Part shown: one piece after another, positions 40,501 to 49,731 of the stretch
Layout of the letters: every line of letters begins with the position of its first letter
Numbering within the stretch: position 1 is the first letter of the stretch
Origin: a virus
Lineage: Duplodnaviria; Heunggongvirae; Uroviricota; Caudoviricetes
DNA: 64,000 bases
Direction: 5' to 3' (one strand)
Virus record (IMG/VR): IMGVR_UViG_3300032236_001858
Translations under genes and position numbers: made by a program
Notes under the pieces: model-generated
Told to the model about the DNA's origin: nothing
Databases searched by the model: none
Seen by the model: the letters and a program-made list of their open reading frames with translations, nothing else

Positions 40501-41668
40501 CTATAGTACCAAAACCTTTGTTTAACATAGATTGTTTACCAGATAAATCAATATCCGATATAATTCTATACTTATTAGTTACTTTATCTGTATATTGTTG
40601 AGTAACAACATTTCCAGTTTTAACTGGTTGTAAAACATTTGGTGTTGTTTGAGTGAACATTTCTACCTTATAATATTCTCCATTATATTCTACATAATAA
40701 ATCTTATTATCTAAGAATCCTTCTACAAATGGGTCACCTGATGGTGAATATAATATATTACCTGGTTGAATAACAGCATCTGATTTAATAAATGGTGTGA
40801 TATAAGGTGAAATAGCTTTTACCTTAACCATATCTTCTAAATAAAAACCATAATATCTATTAATAGACCATTTTCTAATAGAATCAGAATCAGCAGGCAT
40901 GTCGTTAAAAAGAAAAGACATATTGATTATATTAGGGAAAACAACTTTGTGGTTTTTATAACCATCAAAAACGAATTTTTCAAATTCGTATATTTCTTTT
41001 TCGTTTTCATAAACTGACTCTAAAAATTGAGACTTACTTATATAACCACCTGTTTCATAATCTATACCATTCCATTTAGTAAACTCTAAGTTTTGAAAAC
41101 TCATTTCAAATGGAGTTAAAGGAAAAAAAGAATTATTATTGAAATTTAAATCCAACCATTCACCTAACACGCTATTTTTAGTTAAATCAAATACCTTAAC
41201 CGTTTTGAATTTATTAAGTATGTTAGATTTAAAATTATCTTTAGTAACTGATTCAATGCCTGTTCCATCTACTCTAAAAATAATAAACTTCTTAGGTAAA
41301 TTATTTGGTGAAATATAAAGTGGAGAAAAATATTCAAATTCTTCTTGATAGTTTTTATTATCAGATATATTTCTAGCACCATACTGATAAAGTTCATCAT
41401 ATTGAGCAGAATAATCTTTACTCATAGAATCAACATCATTATCATACTTTATGTAAAAAGCTGTATCAGCTGGTAAGCCATCATAAAAATAAGTTACTAA
41501 TTCATCATAGTAATTCTTTTTAATAAAATCAACTTTTTTGAATTTAGTATTTGACAGCTCTTCTTTTGATTCAATACTATCAAGTGATAAATTATAGCTA
41601 CTATCCACCATTATTTTGATGTTAGTAGTTAATCCGACATTAGTTCTTAATATAGCAAAGCTCTTCAA
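37556..41668 (-). CDS. very large structural protein (baseplate or tail-fibre)
   Basis: 1370 aa, Asn/Ser/Tyr-rich, located in the minus-strand structural operon. Confidence 0.6.
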   Translation of the reverse strand: MKSFAILRTNVGLTTNIKIMVDSSYNLSLDSIESKEELSNTKFKKVDFIKKNYYDELVTYFYDGLPADTAFYIKYDNDVDSMSKDYSAQYDELYQYGARNISDNKNYQEEFEYFSPLYISPNNLPKKFIIFRVDGTGIESVTKDNFKSNILNKFKTVKVFDLTKNSVLGEWLDLNFNNNSFFPLTPFEMSFQNLEFTKWNGIDYETGGYISKSQFLESVYENEKEIYEFEKFVFDGYKNHKVVFPNIINMSFLFNDMPADSDSIRKWSINRYYGFYLEDMVKVKAISPYITPFIKSDAVIQPGNILYSPSGDPFVEGFLDNKIYYVEYNGEYYKVEMFTQTTPNVLQPVKTGNVVTQQYTDKVTNKYRIISDIDLSGKQSMLNKGFGTIGADDSIYPNRLLNYDNSNYLFDEWDSADIWLIEIDGVLHNLVRETGPELVNGVKTVTTRIRINTDYSFKVNQNDYQYWINKNDPSYTKKVSFVVDANNPPKKFNIYKLKFTDIKDFDDKIIDTEYSKYEYENKFSLTNTDETKMYLTNLNSNTFPKHYDDFVYNSEVVNIPVSSEYTANYETFKIDNGSLSEIWRKNATYCRWGFQNSLSANDVPYLLNNSLMFEDYNRTANPFDPDTRRIERNLDYFYTINSSTSSYIHHTLHVENQTSSGIDTSFNFELDKYLNLTTYTTATGSSATYSFDYFSYFFNRTANFDNYKVSKNVKKYSLFNTGDTSIPNMSVFKGIKFLIYDIDDIKKDQTGKISMLNLKTSNTFDGYKFSILLSDNDWSVIDSPLGNNIGALTQSQNQMSWTIFDNWKMDKTYNLGDIVVKDDILYQSTIINNIVTVPSKDYTSMKRVISAPYNQVGWLPYTTVSGKSVFWSPIGTYPGSGVGFNNDIVYNHGDYYYYVGGTDDFWSPTQSDTPGYSYGSTVLFKGQYYMSMTSSNHHRPDYQQPYNITTSYNPLRSQLEGTVVYDNTGSYYWVATQSNSPKWSTISIWNPSVSYTNTYIVHNEVVYYCTSSMAGNEPGVSKDWTRQYSLLPDTSIVYNSTTNPIIEMNNSYYMINSNTSNSTLENGINIYINKMWKNILINVNISDNTVPNLSNVDRDTLYNELNKKLTAHNFIQSINDLSNKYGFTDFINYIIIGEDGSIKRYNYDNIQGLPHYIICETPDEVMMKHNSITTNAIDTPKQLKASKVLTSIAADLSNLNYYNNVSVAAEIIPNNDVPEPIANYNGNVNITQDVIYRFSGFYMPIFYDIQLFESPKEPTSTQYQVLSNYKFDTTLTEFGIVKERKVRKINHVNSVLKLNNVTSEKSIYPMLDEFGYTILDSFIFKSTWDLNYHYLTANNPSVATSLESKSTLIQDVGLRGIQTPIKNISL

Positions 41669-41683
41669 TTTTTAAAAATTATT

Positions 41684-44600
41684 TTATCTGATAGAAGTGT
41701 TAATTGCATTAGTTACTTTTCTAACGATTACTTTACTTCTATTTATATTAAACTTGATACTGAATACAAATGGTCTGTTTTCTGCCTCATTTTCTAAGAA
41801 GAATTTAACCTTCTTAACATGTTGTACCGTCTGTCTAGATGAATTTAGATTAATGTATTTATAGTTTAATCCACTTTGATTATTGTCTAAAGAATTCATT
41901 TTGAAGTAAATATTCAAAGGAATAACGGTAGAATTAGCATCACCAGTATCAATTGTTTTTATTTTATCTGAGTTTGTTTCTACAATTGTTTCTAAGTTAT
42001 GAACAACTGGATGTATAGTTGTTAATAATTTAGCCGTAGATGATACAGAAACATTCGTATCTATCCACTTTGAAGGATCTAATAAAGATTTATTATTACC
42101 AACAAATGATAAAATAGCTGTTTCATTAAATCCTACATTATATTCATTAGAAGATAAAACATTAGTAATAGAGTTTGATGCGTTTGTTGTAAATAAATTT
42201 CCTACATTTTCTGTTAACTTAGTAACAGATGTGTCTAAAACAGAATCATAATTTATCATCCAAACATATTGGTTATCTAATTGTGTTCTGGTTTGACCTG
42301 AAATATCTGAAGTTATTAACTCATCGTGGTCATTAACCCAGAATGTTTGAGGAACACCTGTGTTATAAACACTTGGGTTTTGTAAATAAGTTCTATTAGA
42401 AAGTAATCCTAATGGAGAACTTGTTGACTTATTTCTAATCTTAACAACATAGTCTTTAATAACATAGATATTATTAGCATAAACTCTACCAGTTGGTATT
42501 CCAGAACCAGTATATGGATCAAGATAATCTTCACACTCAACATTAAATGTTGTTTCACTTCCATTAGCAACTGCAAACTCTTGGTTATTTCTAAGAATAA
42601 CAACTTCAAGTTCACCTTTAACCATTTTAATTTTCTCTTCAAGAGTAGCAATTCTATCTTGTAAGGATTTTAAGTAAGTAAATAAGTCTAAAGCAACACC
42701 ATTGGCATCCTTAAATCCAGATAATATCTTAGTTGCATCATGATGAAAAGTAACATTATTTACAACAATAGTATCTGATAAGTGATCATCTAAACCTTTA
42801 GCTGATAACTCTTGATTTACCTTAACTTTTAAGTCTTCAGATGTTGCTGCTTGTAATATAAAGTCATTTTCATTTAAAACATTATTTAAATCATTTGGAA
42901 ACTCAATAGTTAAAATATCAGACCAATCTGATTCTACTGGAGACTCAGGCCAACCTACTTCAGATATAGATTTAATTCTAACATCTATTTTTTCATTAGC
43001 TTGAATATCTAAGTCTAATTGGTTAATATTAGGAGTATCAGCACTTTCAATATTTTGGATCTCCCAAGTATATTCACCAGTACCTTGATTATAAACTCTT
43101 TTTCTAGCATCTGTTTTAAATTCATTCCAGTTAGAGAATGCTGCTTTTGTTTGAGTATTATCAACTGCAAATGTTTCAACTGGTGGTTCAGTACCATCTT
43201 TACTTAAATATCTATATTGAACTCTAAATTGAACAATCTCTTGTGGTCTTGTACCTCTTGTAACAACAGCAGACGGTATAGTCCAGAAACCTCTAATTCT
43301 AAACTTAGGTTGTACCTTTGTTTGAGGACTATTTGATAACTGAATAATTTCTTGAGTTGTAGTAGCAAGTAATTTAGACTTACTATCTTTTTTTCTTGTA
43401 AGCTCTTCAATTTCAAGATTTGCTTGTTTTTTATCAGATTCAGATTTGAATTTGACAAATTTAGCTTTAGCATTTTTATCAACAATAGCATCAGAAATTT
43501 GTTGTATCTCAGATTGTAACGTAAGATGATAATTATGCTTTTGTTTAATTAAATTAGAATCAGGAGTATCTGTTAAGTGTTTATTAATTTGAACAACTTT
43601 AAAGTTAGCCGAATTCAATGTTGGTGCAACTGGTGTGCCAGCTAAAGAATTAGGAGTCTTTTTGGCAACCAAGTCTTTCAATACCGTACCATAGTCATAT
43701 ACATAGTCTGTATAGAATTGCTCCATTGTAAGACCATTTTGAGGTGATGTTGAATCTAATGTTAAATCATTAGTCCAATATCCTGTACCTAAGCTCCAAT
43801 TTCTTGCCAATAGATTAACATCGGCATTTAATGGTTTAATAAAAACTACATTTCTCTCGTTATAACCAACACTTACTTTTACTGTTTTAGTGTAAAGAAC
43901 TGGTGAGTAAATTTTAAGAGTTCCAATTCCAACAGGAATTGCTTCAACACCTTCAACTCTTTCAAATCTAACTCTTGGGCTAGATTCTGCAGTAGATACT
44001 TCAATTACTTTATATCTTGTTGAAGTTTGAGCTGAATTAATAATAACTTCACTACCAACAGATAATTGAGCTGTTTGATTGGATGCTCTAACTAAATATG
44101 TTAAAGTATCTAAAACATACCAAAGTTTTCTATTAATTCTATCTTCTTGAATTCTAAGAACTGAAAACTGACCATCATATAACAAATCTTGAGGGTCTAA
44201 ATCAAATACTTGCTCATCAAATTGAGGATTAGTAGGATAAAGAACACCTGGTGTTGTACTATGCCAGTTTTCAAAATCAGTTATAACAATTGAAGAATTA
44301 CCTCTAAATAAAGTATTAAAGCTATTCAAAGCTGATTGTCCAAGTGCTGTTAAGTTACCTGAAGCATCAGTTGCAAAATCTACAATGTATCTTCTACTTA
44401 AAACCTTTCTTACATTATCTTCTACTTTTCCAGTTAGATCTAATTCAATAGAAACAATTGGACTCATAAGTCCATCAAAAAACCAATTATTAACCGCCTT
44501 AAATTTAGTAAGTGTACCAAGTGTTCCGACAGCATTTGGTTCTCTATTTAAGTCAACTGTAATTATTTTTTTATATTTATTCTGGCTTGATGTTGATATC

Positions 44601-44851
44601 ATCGAACCAGCAGTATCAATACTATAAAGTGAATTGATGTTGTTATTCAATCTATCTATATCAGCTTTTAATGAACTGAAAGAAGGAACTGCAAAATTTC
44701 TTAAAACTCCATTTTCATCATAAATTTGAATATTTACAGATGGGTCTTGCGTTGTTGTTAAAGTATTAATCTGACCTAGTATTTCTATAATATTTTTATT
44801 AGAGGAAATGACCTGGTCAGCTACCGTCGGAAATGAACTTTGAATTGGCAT
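41684..44851 (-). CDS. large structural protein (baseplate or tail-fibre)
   Basis: 1055 aa. A TTAATATATAAG motif lies about 17-34 nt upstream. Confidence 0.6.
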   Translation of the reverse strand: MPIQSSFPTVADQVISSNKNIIEILGQINTLTTTQDPSVNIQIYDENGVLRNFAVPSFSSLKADIDRLNNNINSLYSIDTAGSMISTSSQNKYKKIITVDLNREPNAVGTLGTLTKFKAVNNWFFDGLMSPIVSIELDLTGKVEDNVRKVLSRRYIVDFATDASGNLTALGQSALNSFNTLFRGNSSIVITDFENWHSTTPGVLYPTNPQFDEQVFDLDPQDLLYDGQFSVLRIQEDRINRKLWYVLDTLTYLVRASNQTAQLSVGSEVIINSAQTSTRYKVIEVSTAESSPRVRFERVEGVEAIPVGIGTLKIYSPVLYTKTVKVSVGYNERNVVFIKPLNADVNLLARNWSLGTGYWTNDLTLDSTSPQNGLTMEQFYTDYVYDYGTVLKDLVAKKTPNSLAGTPVAPTLNSANFKVVQINKHLTDTPDSNLIKQKHNYHLTLQSEIQQISDAIVDKNAKAKFVKFKSESDKKQANLEIEELTRKKDSKSKLLATTTQEIIQLSNSPQTKVQPKFRIRGFWTIPSAVVTRGTRPQEIVQFRVQYRYLSKDGTEPPVETFAVDNTQTKAAFSNWNEFKTDARKRVYNQGTGEYTWEIQNIESADTPNINQLDLDIQANEKIDVRIKSISEVGWPESPVESDWSDILTIEFPNDLNNVLNENDFILQAATSEDLKVKVNQELSAKGLDDHLSDTIVVNNVTFHHDATKILSGFKDANGVALDLFTYLKSLQDRIATLEEKIKMVKGELEVVILRNNQEFAVANGSETTFNVECEDYLDPYTGSGIPTGRVYANNIYVIKDYVVKIRNKSTSSPLGLLSNRTYLQNPSVYNTGVPQTFWVNDHDELITSDISGQTRTQLDNQYVWMINYDSVLDTSVTKLTENVGNLFTTNASNSITNVLSSNEYNVGFNETAILSFVGNNKSLLDPSKWIDTNVSVSSTAKLLTTIHPVVHNLETIVETNSDKIKTIDTGDANSTVIPLNIYFKMNSLDNNQSGLNYKYINLNSSRQTVQHVKKVKFFLENEAENRPFVFSIKFNINRSKVIVRKVTNAINTSIR

Positions 44852-44871
44852 TTTTTAATCTATTGATTTTT

Positions 44872-44887
44872 CTTATATATTAAATTC
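44872..44887 (-). promoter_or_regulatory. putative late promoter (TTAATATATAAG)
   Basis: Recurrent motif oriented toward the ATG at 44851. Confidence 0.4.
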
Positions 44888-44904
44888 TACTCATTTCTTT
44901 AATA

Positions 44905-44936
44905 TTTGTTTTTGTTAAATTATTTCCTTAATTTTG
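44905..44936 (+). promoter_or_regulatory. Bacteroidetes-type promoter (TTTG-N20-TAATTTTG)
   Basis: TTTG at 44905-08 and TAATTTTG at 44929-36 with a 20-nt spacer, just upstream of the ATG at 44940. Confidence 0.45.
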
Positions 44937-44939
44937 TTT

Positions 44940-45179
44940 ATGATGAAGATTTACAAAGTAACATTTAATGATGGTGGTTGGCATAGTGGACCACTACCTA
45001 GTACAACAATAGTTGCTGAATCTGGTGATGATGCAAAGGAAAAGGCACTATTATTAAACCCAATGTATAAAAATAGGTATGATGTTTGGGTCTCTGAATT
45101 CAAAATAGAAGGCTATGTAATAGAGGTTTATGATGAAAAAACATATAACCGTGAAAAGAATCTTAACAAAATTCTTTAA
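44940..45179 (+). CDS. hypothetical protein
   Basis: The ORF track starts it at a TTG at 44934. The first ATG is at 44940. Confidence 0.4.
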   Translation: MMKIYKVTFNDGGWHSGPLPSTTIVAESGDDAKEKALLLNPMYKNRYDVWVSEFKIEGYVIEVYDEKTYNREKNLNKIL

Positions 45180-45208
45180 TTAATAAAAAAATTAACTATC
45201 TTTGTAAA

Positions 45209-47038
45209 ATGATTGAACAATTAAAAGCGCAAATTATTAAGGCTAATGATGCCTATAGATTGGGTAAGCCAATCATATCCGATGCTAAATACGACCAATT
45301 AGTTGAGGAACTTCAAATGTTATCACCATCTGATGAAATACTTTCTAAAGTAGGTCATACAGTTGCTGATGAATCCCGCAAATCTCGTCTTCCTATAGAA
45401 ATGGCTTCAATGAATAAAATCAAGTCAATGGAAGATATCGAAGATTGGTCACGTCTTAAAGGTATTTCAAAATACGAATATGTTATTATTACTCCTAAGT
45501 TTGATGGTCTTTCATTATGTGTTAATGAAACAACATCCGAAGCTTGGACTCGTGGTGATGGTGTATTCGGCCAAAAATCAAATGAACACTACTCATTAAT
45601 TCAAAATCATCTTAACCTACAAGAAGATTCATTTAGCTTTACCTATGGTGAAGTTATGATGCCTAAACAAGTATTTGTTGATAAATACTCAGCAGACTTT
45701 GCTAATCCTCGTAATCTTGTTGCTGGTCTTTTAAATTCAAAAGATCCAAGTAATATTCTTAAAGATTGTCAGTATATTAAGTACGGTGCTATTTGTAAAA
45801 GAAACTTCTTTACTAAACAAAATGTTATTAATGAACTTAATAAAGGACAAGCATCAAAAGTACAATATCATATTTGTCAACTATCTGACTTATCAGAAGA
45901 CTTACTAATTGAACTATTCCATAAATTCTCTACTGAATATGAAATCGATGGTTTGATTATAGAATTAAACCGTCTTGAATTACAAGATCAGTTAGGTCGT
46001 GAAACATCTTCAAACAATCCTGTTTGGGCTCGTGCTTTCAAGCATCCAAGTTTTGAACAATCTGCTGAAACTGATGTTATTGGTATTTCTTGGAATATAT
46101 CTAAACAAGGCTTATTAAAGCCAATTCTACATATTAATCCTGTTAAACTAGATGGTGTAACCGTGTCTAATGTTACTGGTAACAACGCCAGATTCGTAAA
46201 AGACTTAGGACTTGGTATTGGTGCTAAAGTAGTCGTAAAACGCTCCGGAATGGTTATTCCAATCATTGCTGATGTTATCACCCCAGTTGAATTTGTTCAA
46301 CCTACAATTGAAGGTGTTGAAGTAGATTGGAATGAAGCTGGTATTGAGTTAATTACTTTAACTGAAACTGACGATCAAAAATTAAAAAAGATTGTTGCTT
46401 TCTTTGAAATCTTAGAAGCTGACAATGTGTCAGAAGGAGTTATCACTCAATTATGGGAAGCTGGTTACAAAACAATTAAAGATGTTCTTAATCTTAAAAA
46501 AGAAGATTTAGAGAAAATTGACCGTTTTGGTAAGAGAAAAGCTGAGATTGTTTTTAACTCTATTCAAAAGTCTGTTAGTGGTGTTCAGTTGTCTAAACTA
46601 CAACACGCAACAGGTATCTTCAAAGGATTAGGTTCTAAGAAATTAGTTCTTTTAGAAGATTTCAAAACTAAACCAACATTAGACCAAGTAATGTCAATTG
46701 AAGGATTTGCTGAAGTATCAGCTCAATCTTATATTGATTCATATGACACGTTCTTTGATTTCATTAAAGATTTACCTGTCACAATTATAGAAAAAGTAGA
46801 GGCGGTTAAAGTTGGCACAGACCTTGAAGGTAAATCATTTGTCTTTACCGGAGTTCGTAGACCAGATTTAGAATCTGTGATTGAATCTCGTGGTGGTAAA
46901 ATTGGTTCTGGTGTGTCTAAAACAACTACTCACCTTGTGATGAAGGCGATTGGTAGTGGCTCTTCTAAAGAAAAGAAAGCTATTGAGTTAGGTGTTGAAG
47001 TGATTACAATTGAACAATTAGAAAAAATGTTATCATAA
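45209..47038 (+). CDS. ligA: NAD-dependent DNA ligase (LigA-like)
   Basis: KxDG adenylation motif (ITPKFDGLSL), OB/HhH region, and a C-terminal BRCT (GKSFVFTGVRRPDLE...). Confidence 0.85.
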   Translation: MIEQLKAQIIKANDAYRLGKPIISDAKYDQLVEELQMLSPSDEILSKVGHTVADESRKSRLPIEMASMNKIKSMEDIEDWSRLKGISKYEYVIITPKFDGLSLCVNETTSEAWTRGDGVFGQKSNEHYSLIQNHLNLQEDSFSFTYGEVMMPKQVFVDKYSADFANPRNLVAGLLNSKDPSNILKDCQYIKYGAICKRNFFTKQNVINELNKGQASKVQYHICQLSDLSEDLLIELFHKFSTEYEIDGLIIELNRLELQDQLGRETSSNNPVWARAFKHPSFEQSAETDVIGISWNISKQGLLKPILHINPVKLDGVTVSNVTGNNARFVKDLGLGIGAKVVVKRSGMVIPIIADVITPVEFVQPTIEGVEVDWNEAGIELITLTETDDQKLKKIVAFFEILEADNVSEGVITQLWEAGYKTIKDVLNLKKEDLEKIDRFGKRKAEIVFNSIQKSVSGVQLSKLQHATGIFKGLGSKKLVLLEDFKTKPTLDQVMSIEGFAEVSAQSYIDSYDTFFDFIKDLPVTIIEKVEAVKVGTDLEGKSFVFTGVRRPDLESVIESRGGKIGSGVSKTTTHLVMKAIGSGSSKEKKAIELGVEVITIEQLEKMLS

Positions 47039-47039
47039 T

Positions 47040-47387
47040 ATGTCACTAATATACCATTTAGGAAAAGCTGAGACTTCTCAAGAAGGGGTAAAGGATTTAG
47101 TAAAAGATTTAGAAACTTGTGTACAAACACTTGAGAATATTAATAGTATTCTAAAAGGTTCAAAATATGGAAGGTCATATGCGGAAACCGAAGTCAATAA
47201 AAAGATTGAAGATGGTATTTTAGATTCAATTCACAATGCTAATAATCACCAATTAAGTGTTATATTAAATGGTGGATATAGATTCAGATTCTATACTGAA
47301 TTGAACGATAAAGAATTATTAAGAAACGAAATACAAAAAAGATTAAGACATAACAAATTAAAAGAATTACTAAATGACAGAATTTAA
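47040..47387 (+). CDS. hypothetical protein
   Basis: 115-aa ORF. Confidence 0.45.
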   Translation: MSLIYHLGKAETSQEGVKDLVKDLETCVQTLENINSILKGSKYGRSYAETEVNKKIEDGILDSIHNANNHQLSVILNGGYRFRFYTELNDKELLRNEIQKRLRHNKLKELLNDRI

Positions 47388-47784
47388 TTATAACCCAACA
47401 ATAACTGATAGAGTTATTAAGACAAAAGAAGAACAATTTGATAAGTTTTTTTATCAAGGGCATCCTAAGTTTTTAATTCCGGATTTTAATCAAAATCCTG
47501 AGGATATTTGGTTATCATATATGGACTTCTTGGAAAATAATCATTCTTGTGAGATATATGATCAAGATGGTGGTGAAGTTCACTCAATTGAAATCATTGA
47601 TGAAGATTCTGGTTTGACAAAATGTATCTATACTGCTTGTGGTATAACGCTTGATGAAAGTGATGAACCGCAAGATGTAGATGTCGAGATAGAAGGTTAT
47701 GTTGTTGAAATTCCAGAAAATGGATTTAATGACTATGTATTTGTTGCTAAAAAAGTTTTTGAAAATTATAAAATGTCAATTTAA
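47374..47784 (+). CDS. hypothetical acidic protein
   Basis: 136-aa ORF. Confidence 0.45.
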   Translation: MTEFNYNPTITDRVIKTKEEQFDKFFYQGHPKFLIPDFNQNPEDIWLSYMDFLENNHSCEIYDQDGGEVHSIEIIDEDSGLTKCIYTACGITLDESDEPQDVDVEIEGYVVEIPENGFNDYVFVAKKVFENYKMSI

Positions 47785-47786
47785 TT

Positions 47787-48164
47787 ATGATTTGGTTAGG
47801 AATTTTAATAGGATTTATATTAGGTCTTCCAATTGGATTTATCAAGTGGAAGAAAAAGCCTGTTGTTGAAAAGTATTCAAGAAGAGGTTTATTAAAAAAG
47901 AACTTTTCTGTTACTGACAATCTTTCTAATAGAAAAAGTTCAGTTGATGTTATGTATGAGATTGGTGAGTTAGAATCAACTGATAAGTTATCAAAGATTG
48001 AAGTTATTGATCTTAAATCTGACCAATCTGAATACAATACAGATTATAATAAAAAGAGATTAACCGATATGGTTAATAAAACCTGGCTTGGATCTGATGA
48101 AATTACTTGGATTACAACTGCTGCTGATGTGAGAAATAAAAAAATCGACAAAATATTAAATTAA
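47787..48164 (+). CDS. hypothetical membrane-anchored protein
   Basis: N-terminal hydrophobic helix MIWLGILIGFILGLPIGFI. Confidence 0.45.
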   Translation: MIWLGILIGFILGLPIGFIKWKKKPVVEKYSRRGLLKKNFSVTDNLSNRKSSVDVMYEIGELESTDKLSKIEVIDLKSDQSEYNTDYNKKRLTDMVNKTWLGSDEITWITTAADVRNKKIDKILN

Positions 48165-48165
48165 T

Positions 48166-48618
48166 ATGGATAATCAAAAACTAGAGAAGATATTTAGTTA
48201 TCTACCACCTTCACTTGATAAAGTTAAAAATAACTTGAGTGAGAATGGTCAGAAAATTGGTCTAAAAACAGGATATGAACCTTACATTCAACACATTCCA
48301 GAAATGATTGAAGAAGCTCAAAGTGTTTTCATTGAGCTATGTGTTCAAGAAGGTATTTTAGACAAAAAGTTTTTAAGTGGTAAAGTTCATCGTCAAGGTA
48401 TTATTGGTAGATATTTAGATGATTCTGGTTCTGGTATTTATAAGTATTGGAATAGATTTATGTGTATTGATGAAAAATATCGTGAGTGGGAACAACCATA
48501 TTACGCAATCAACTTTGAAAAAGAAGGTAAAGATTTTCATGGCTGTTGTATAAACACTATGTCTCCAGAATTGATTTCTTTTTTTAGAGACCAAAAAATT
48601 AATGAAGTATTATCATGA
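48166..48618 (+). CDS. hypothetical protein
   Basis: 150-aa ORF. Confidence 0.45.
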   Translation: MDNQKLEKIFSYLPPSLDKVKNNLSENGQKIGLKTGYEPYIQHIPEMIEEAQSVFIELCVQEGILDKKFLSGKVHRQGIIGRYLDDSGSGIYKYWNRFMCIDEKYREWEQPYYAINFEKEGKDFHGCCINTMSPELISFFRDQKINEVLS

Positions 48619-48923
48619 ACGGATTTGAAAGTTTAAGAATACCACATATAAAGTATATTTCTGAAACTCAATCAAAGAGTAAAGGAGAAAGAACTTTATA
48701 TTATTTAGGTGGAGAACCAGAAGAAAATCATTCAAGATTAACCATAGGTAAACAATATGTAGTTAGAACTGCTTCTTACTCACCAAGTGCTGATATTGAG
48801 CGAGTTAGTGTATGGTTATGTTCTGATGATGAAAATAAAGGTAGATTATGTAGGGTAAATCTAAATAATTTCGGTACCTTTGCAGATGTGCGTGATAGAA
48901 AAATAGACCAGATAATTAAGTAA
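48615..48923 (+). CDS. hypothetical protein
   Basis: 102-aa ORF. Confidence 0.4.
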   Translation: MNGFESLRIPHIKYISETQSKSKGERTLYYLGGEPEENHSRLTIGKQYVVRTASYSPSADIERVSVWLCSDDENKGRLCRVNLNNFGTFADVRDRKIDQIIK

Positions 48924-48938
48924 AAACAAACCAAATAT

Positions 48939-49727
48939 ATGACTATTGAACCCCATGAAGAATTAAAAATTTCCCAAAATTATGATGAAAAAAATCTCTC
49001 AGGAGAGCCAACTTTTGCTGATATATATAATATAAATTTAGGTGAGCAATCACCATTAACGGCAGAAAAAGGCAATACCATTGAGGATGAATTAATGACT
49101 CCTCAAACAAAAAATGAACGGCAAATTATGGAATCGAAGGCGATTTTATTCAGTGATCAAGAAAAACTATTTAGAGAAAGAACGGGTAAAGATTTCTCTA
49201 CACTCTACACAAAGTATTACCCAAAATTAGTATATTTTACATCTAAAATATGCAATGACCCTCAAAAGGCAGAAGATATCTCAACAGATTCATTCATGGC
49301 AGCTTTTGAGAAGATTGAGAAATATGAAAAGGAAAAATCTCAATTCTCTACATGGCTATTCACAATAGCAAAAAACTTAGCACTTCAAGACCTTAAAAGC
49401 AACAAAAAAACAATGTCTTTAGATATTGAGTTTGATGATGAAGGTACAACAATGAAAGACTTTATTCAAGAAGAAGATGGTGATAATCTTATTCATGAAA
49501 TTCATGCCAAAAAAGCTGAAATTATGAAGAAGCACATTCAAAACTTGAAAAATCCTTATCGTGATGTAATTGAAATGCGTGAGTTAAAAAGAATGTCTTA
49601 TAAAGATATTTCTGACCAACTTAATCTTAACCTATCAACGGTTAAGTCACAAATTCGTAATGGAAGAGCTATCTTAGTTCGTGAAACTAAGAAAGAGTTT
49701 GATGCGATTGATGAAATGTTAATGTAA
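48939..49727 (+). CDS. ECF-type sigma-70 family RNA polymerase sigma factor
   Basis: Region 2 (YYPKLVYFTSKI...AEDISTDSFMAAFEKI...FSTWLFTIAKNLALQ) and a region-4 helix-turn-helix (MSYKDISDQLNLNLSTVKSQIRNGR). Confidence 0.65.
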   Translation: MTIEPHEELKISQNYDEKNLSGEPTFADIYNINLGEQSPLTAEKGNTIEDELMTPQTKNERQIMESKAILFSDQEKLFRERTGKDFSTLYTKYYPKLVYFTSKICNDPQKAEDISTDSFMAAFEKIEKYEKEKSQFSTWLFTIAKNLALQDLKSNKKTMSLDIEFDDEGTTMKDFIQEEDGDNLIHEIHAKKAEIMKKHIQNLKNPYRDVIEMRELKRMSYKDISDQLNLNLSTVKSQIRNGRAILVRETKKEFDAIDEMLM

Positions 49728-49731
49728 TTAT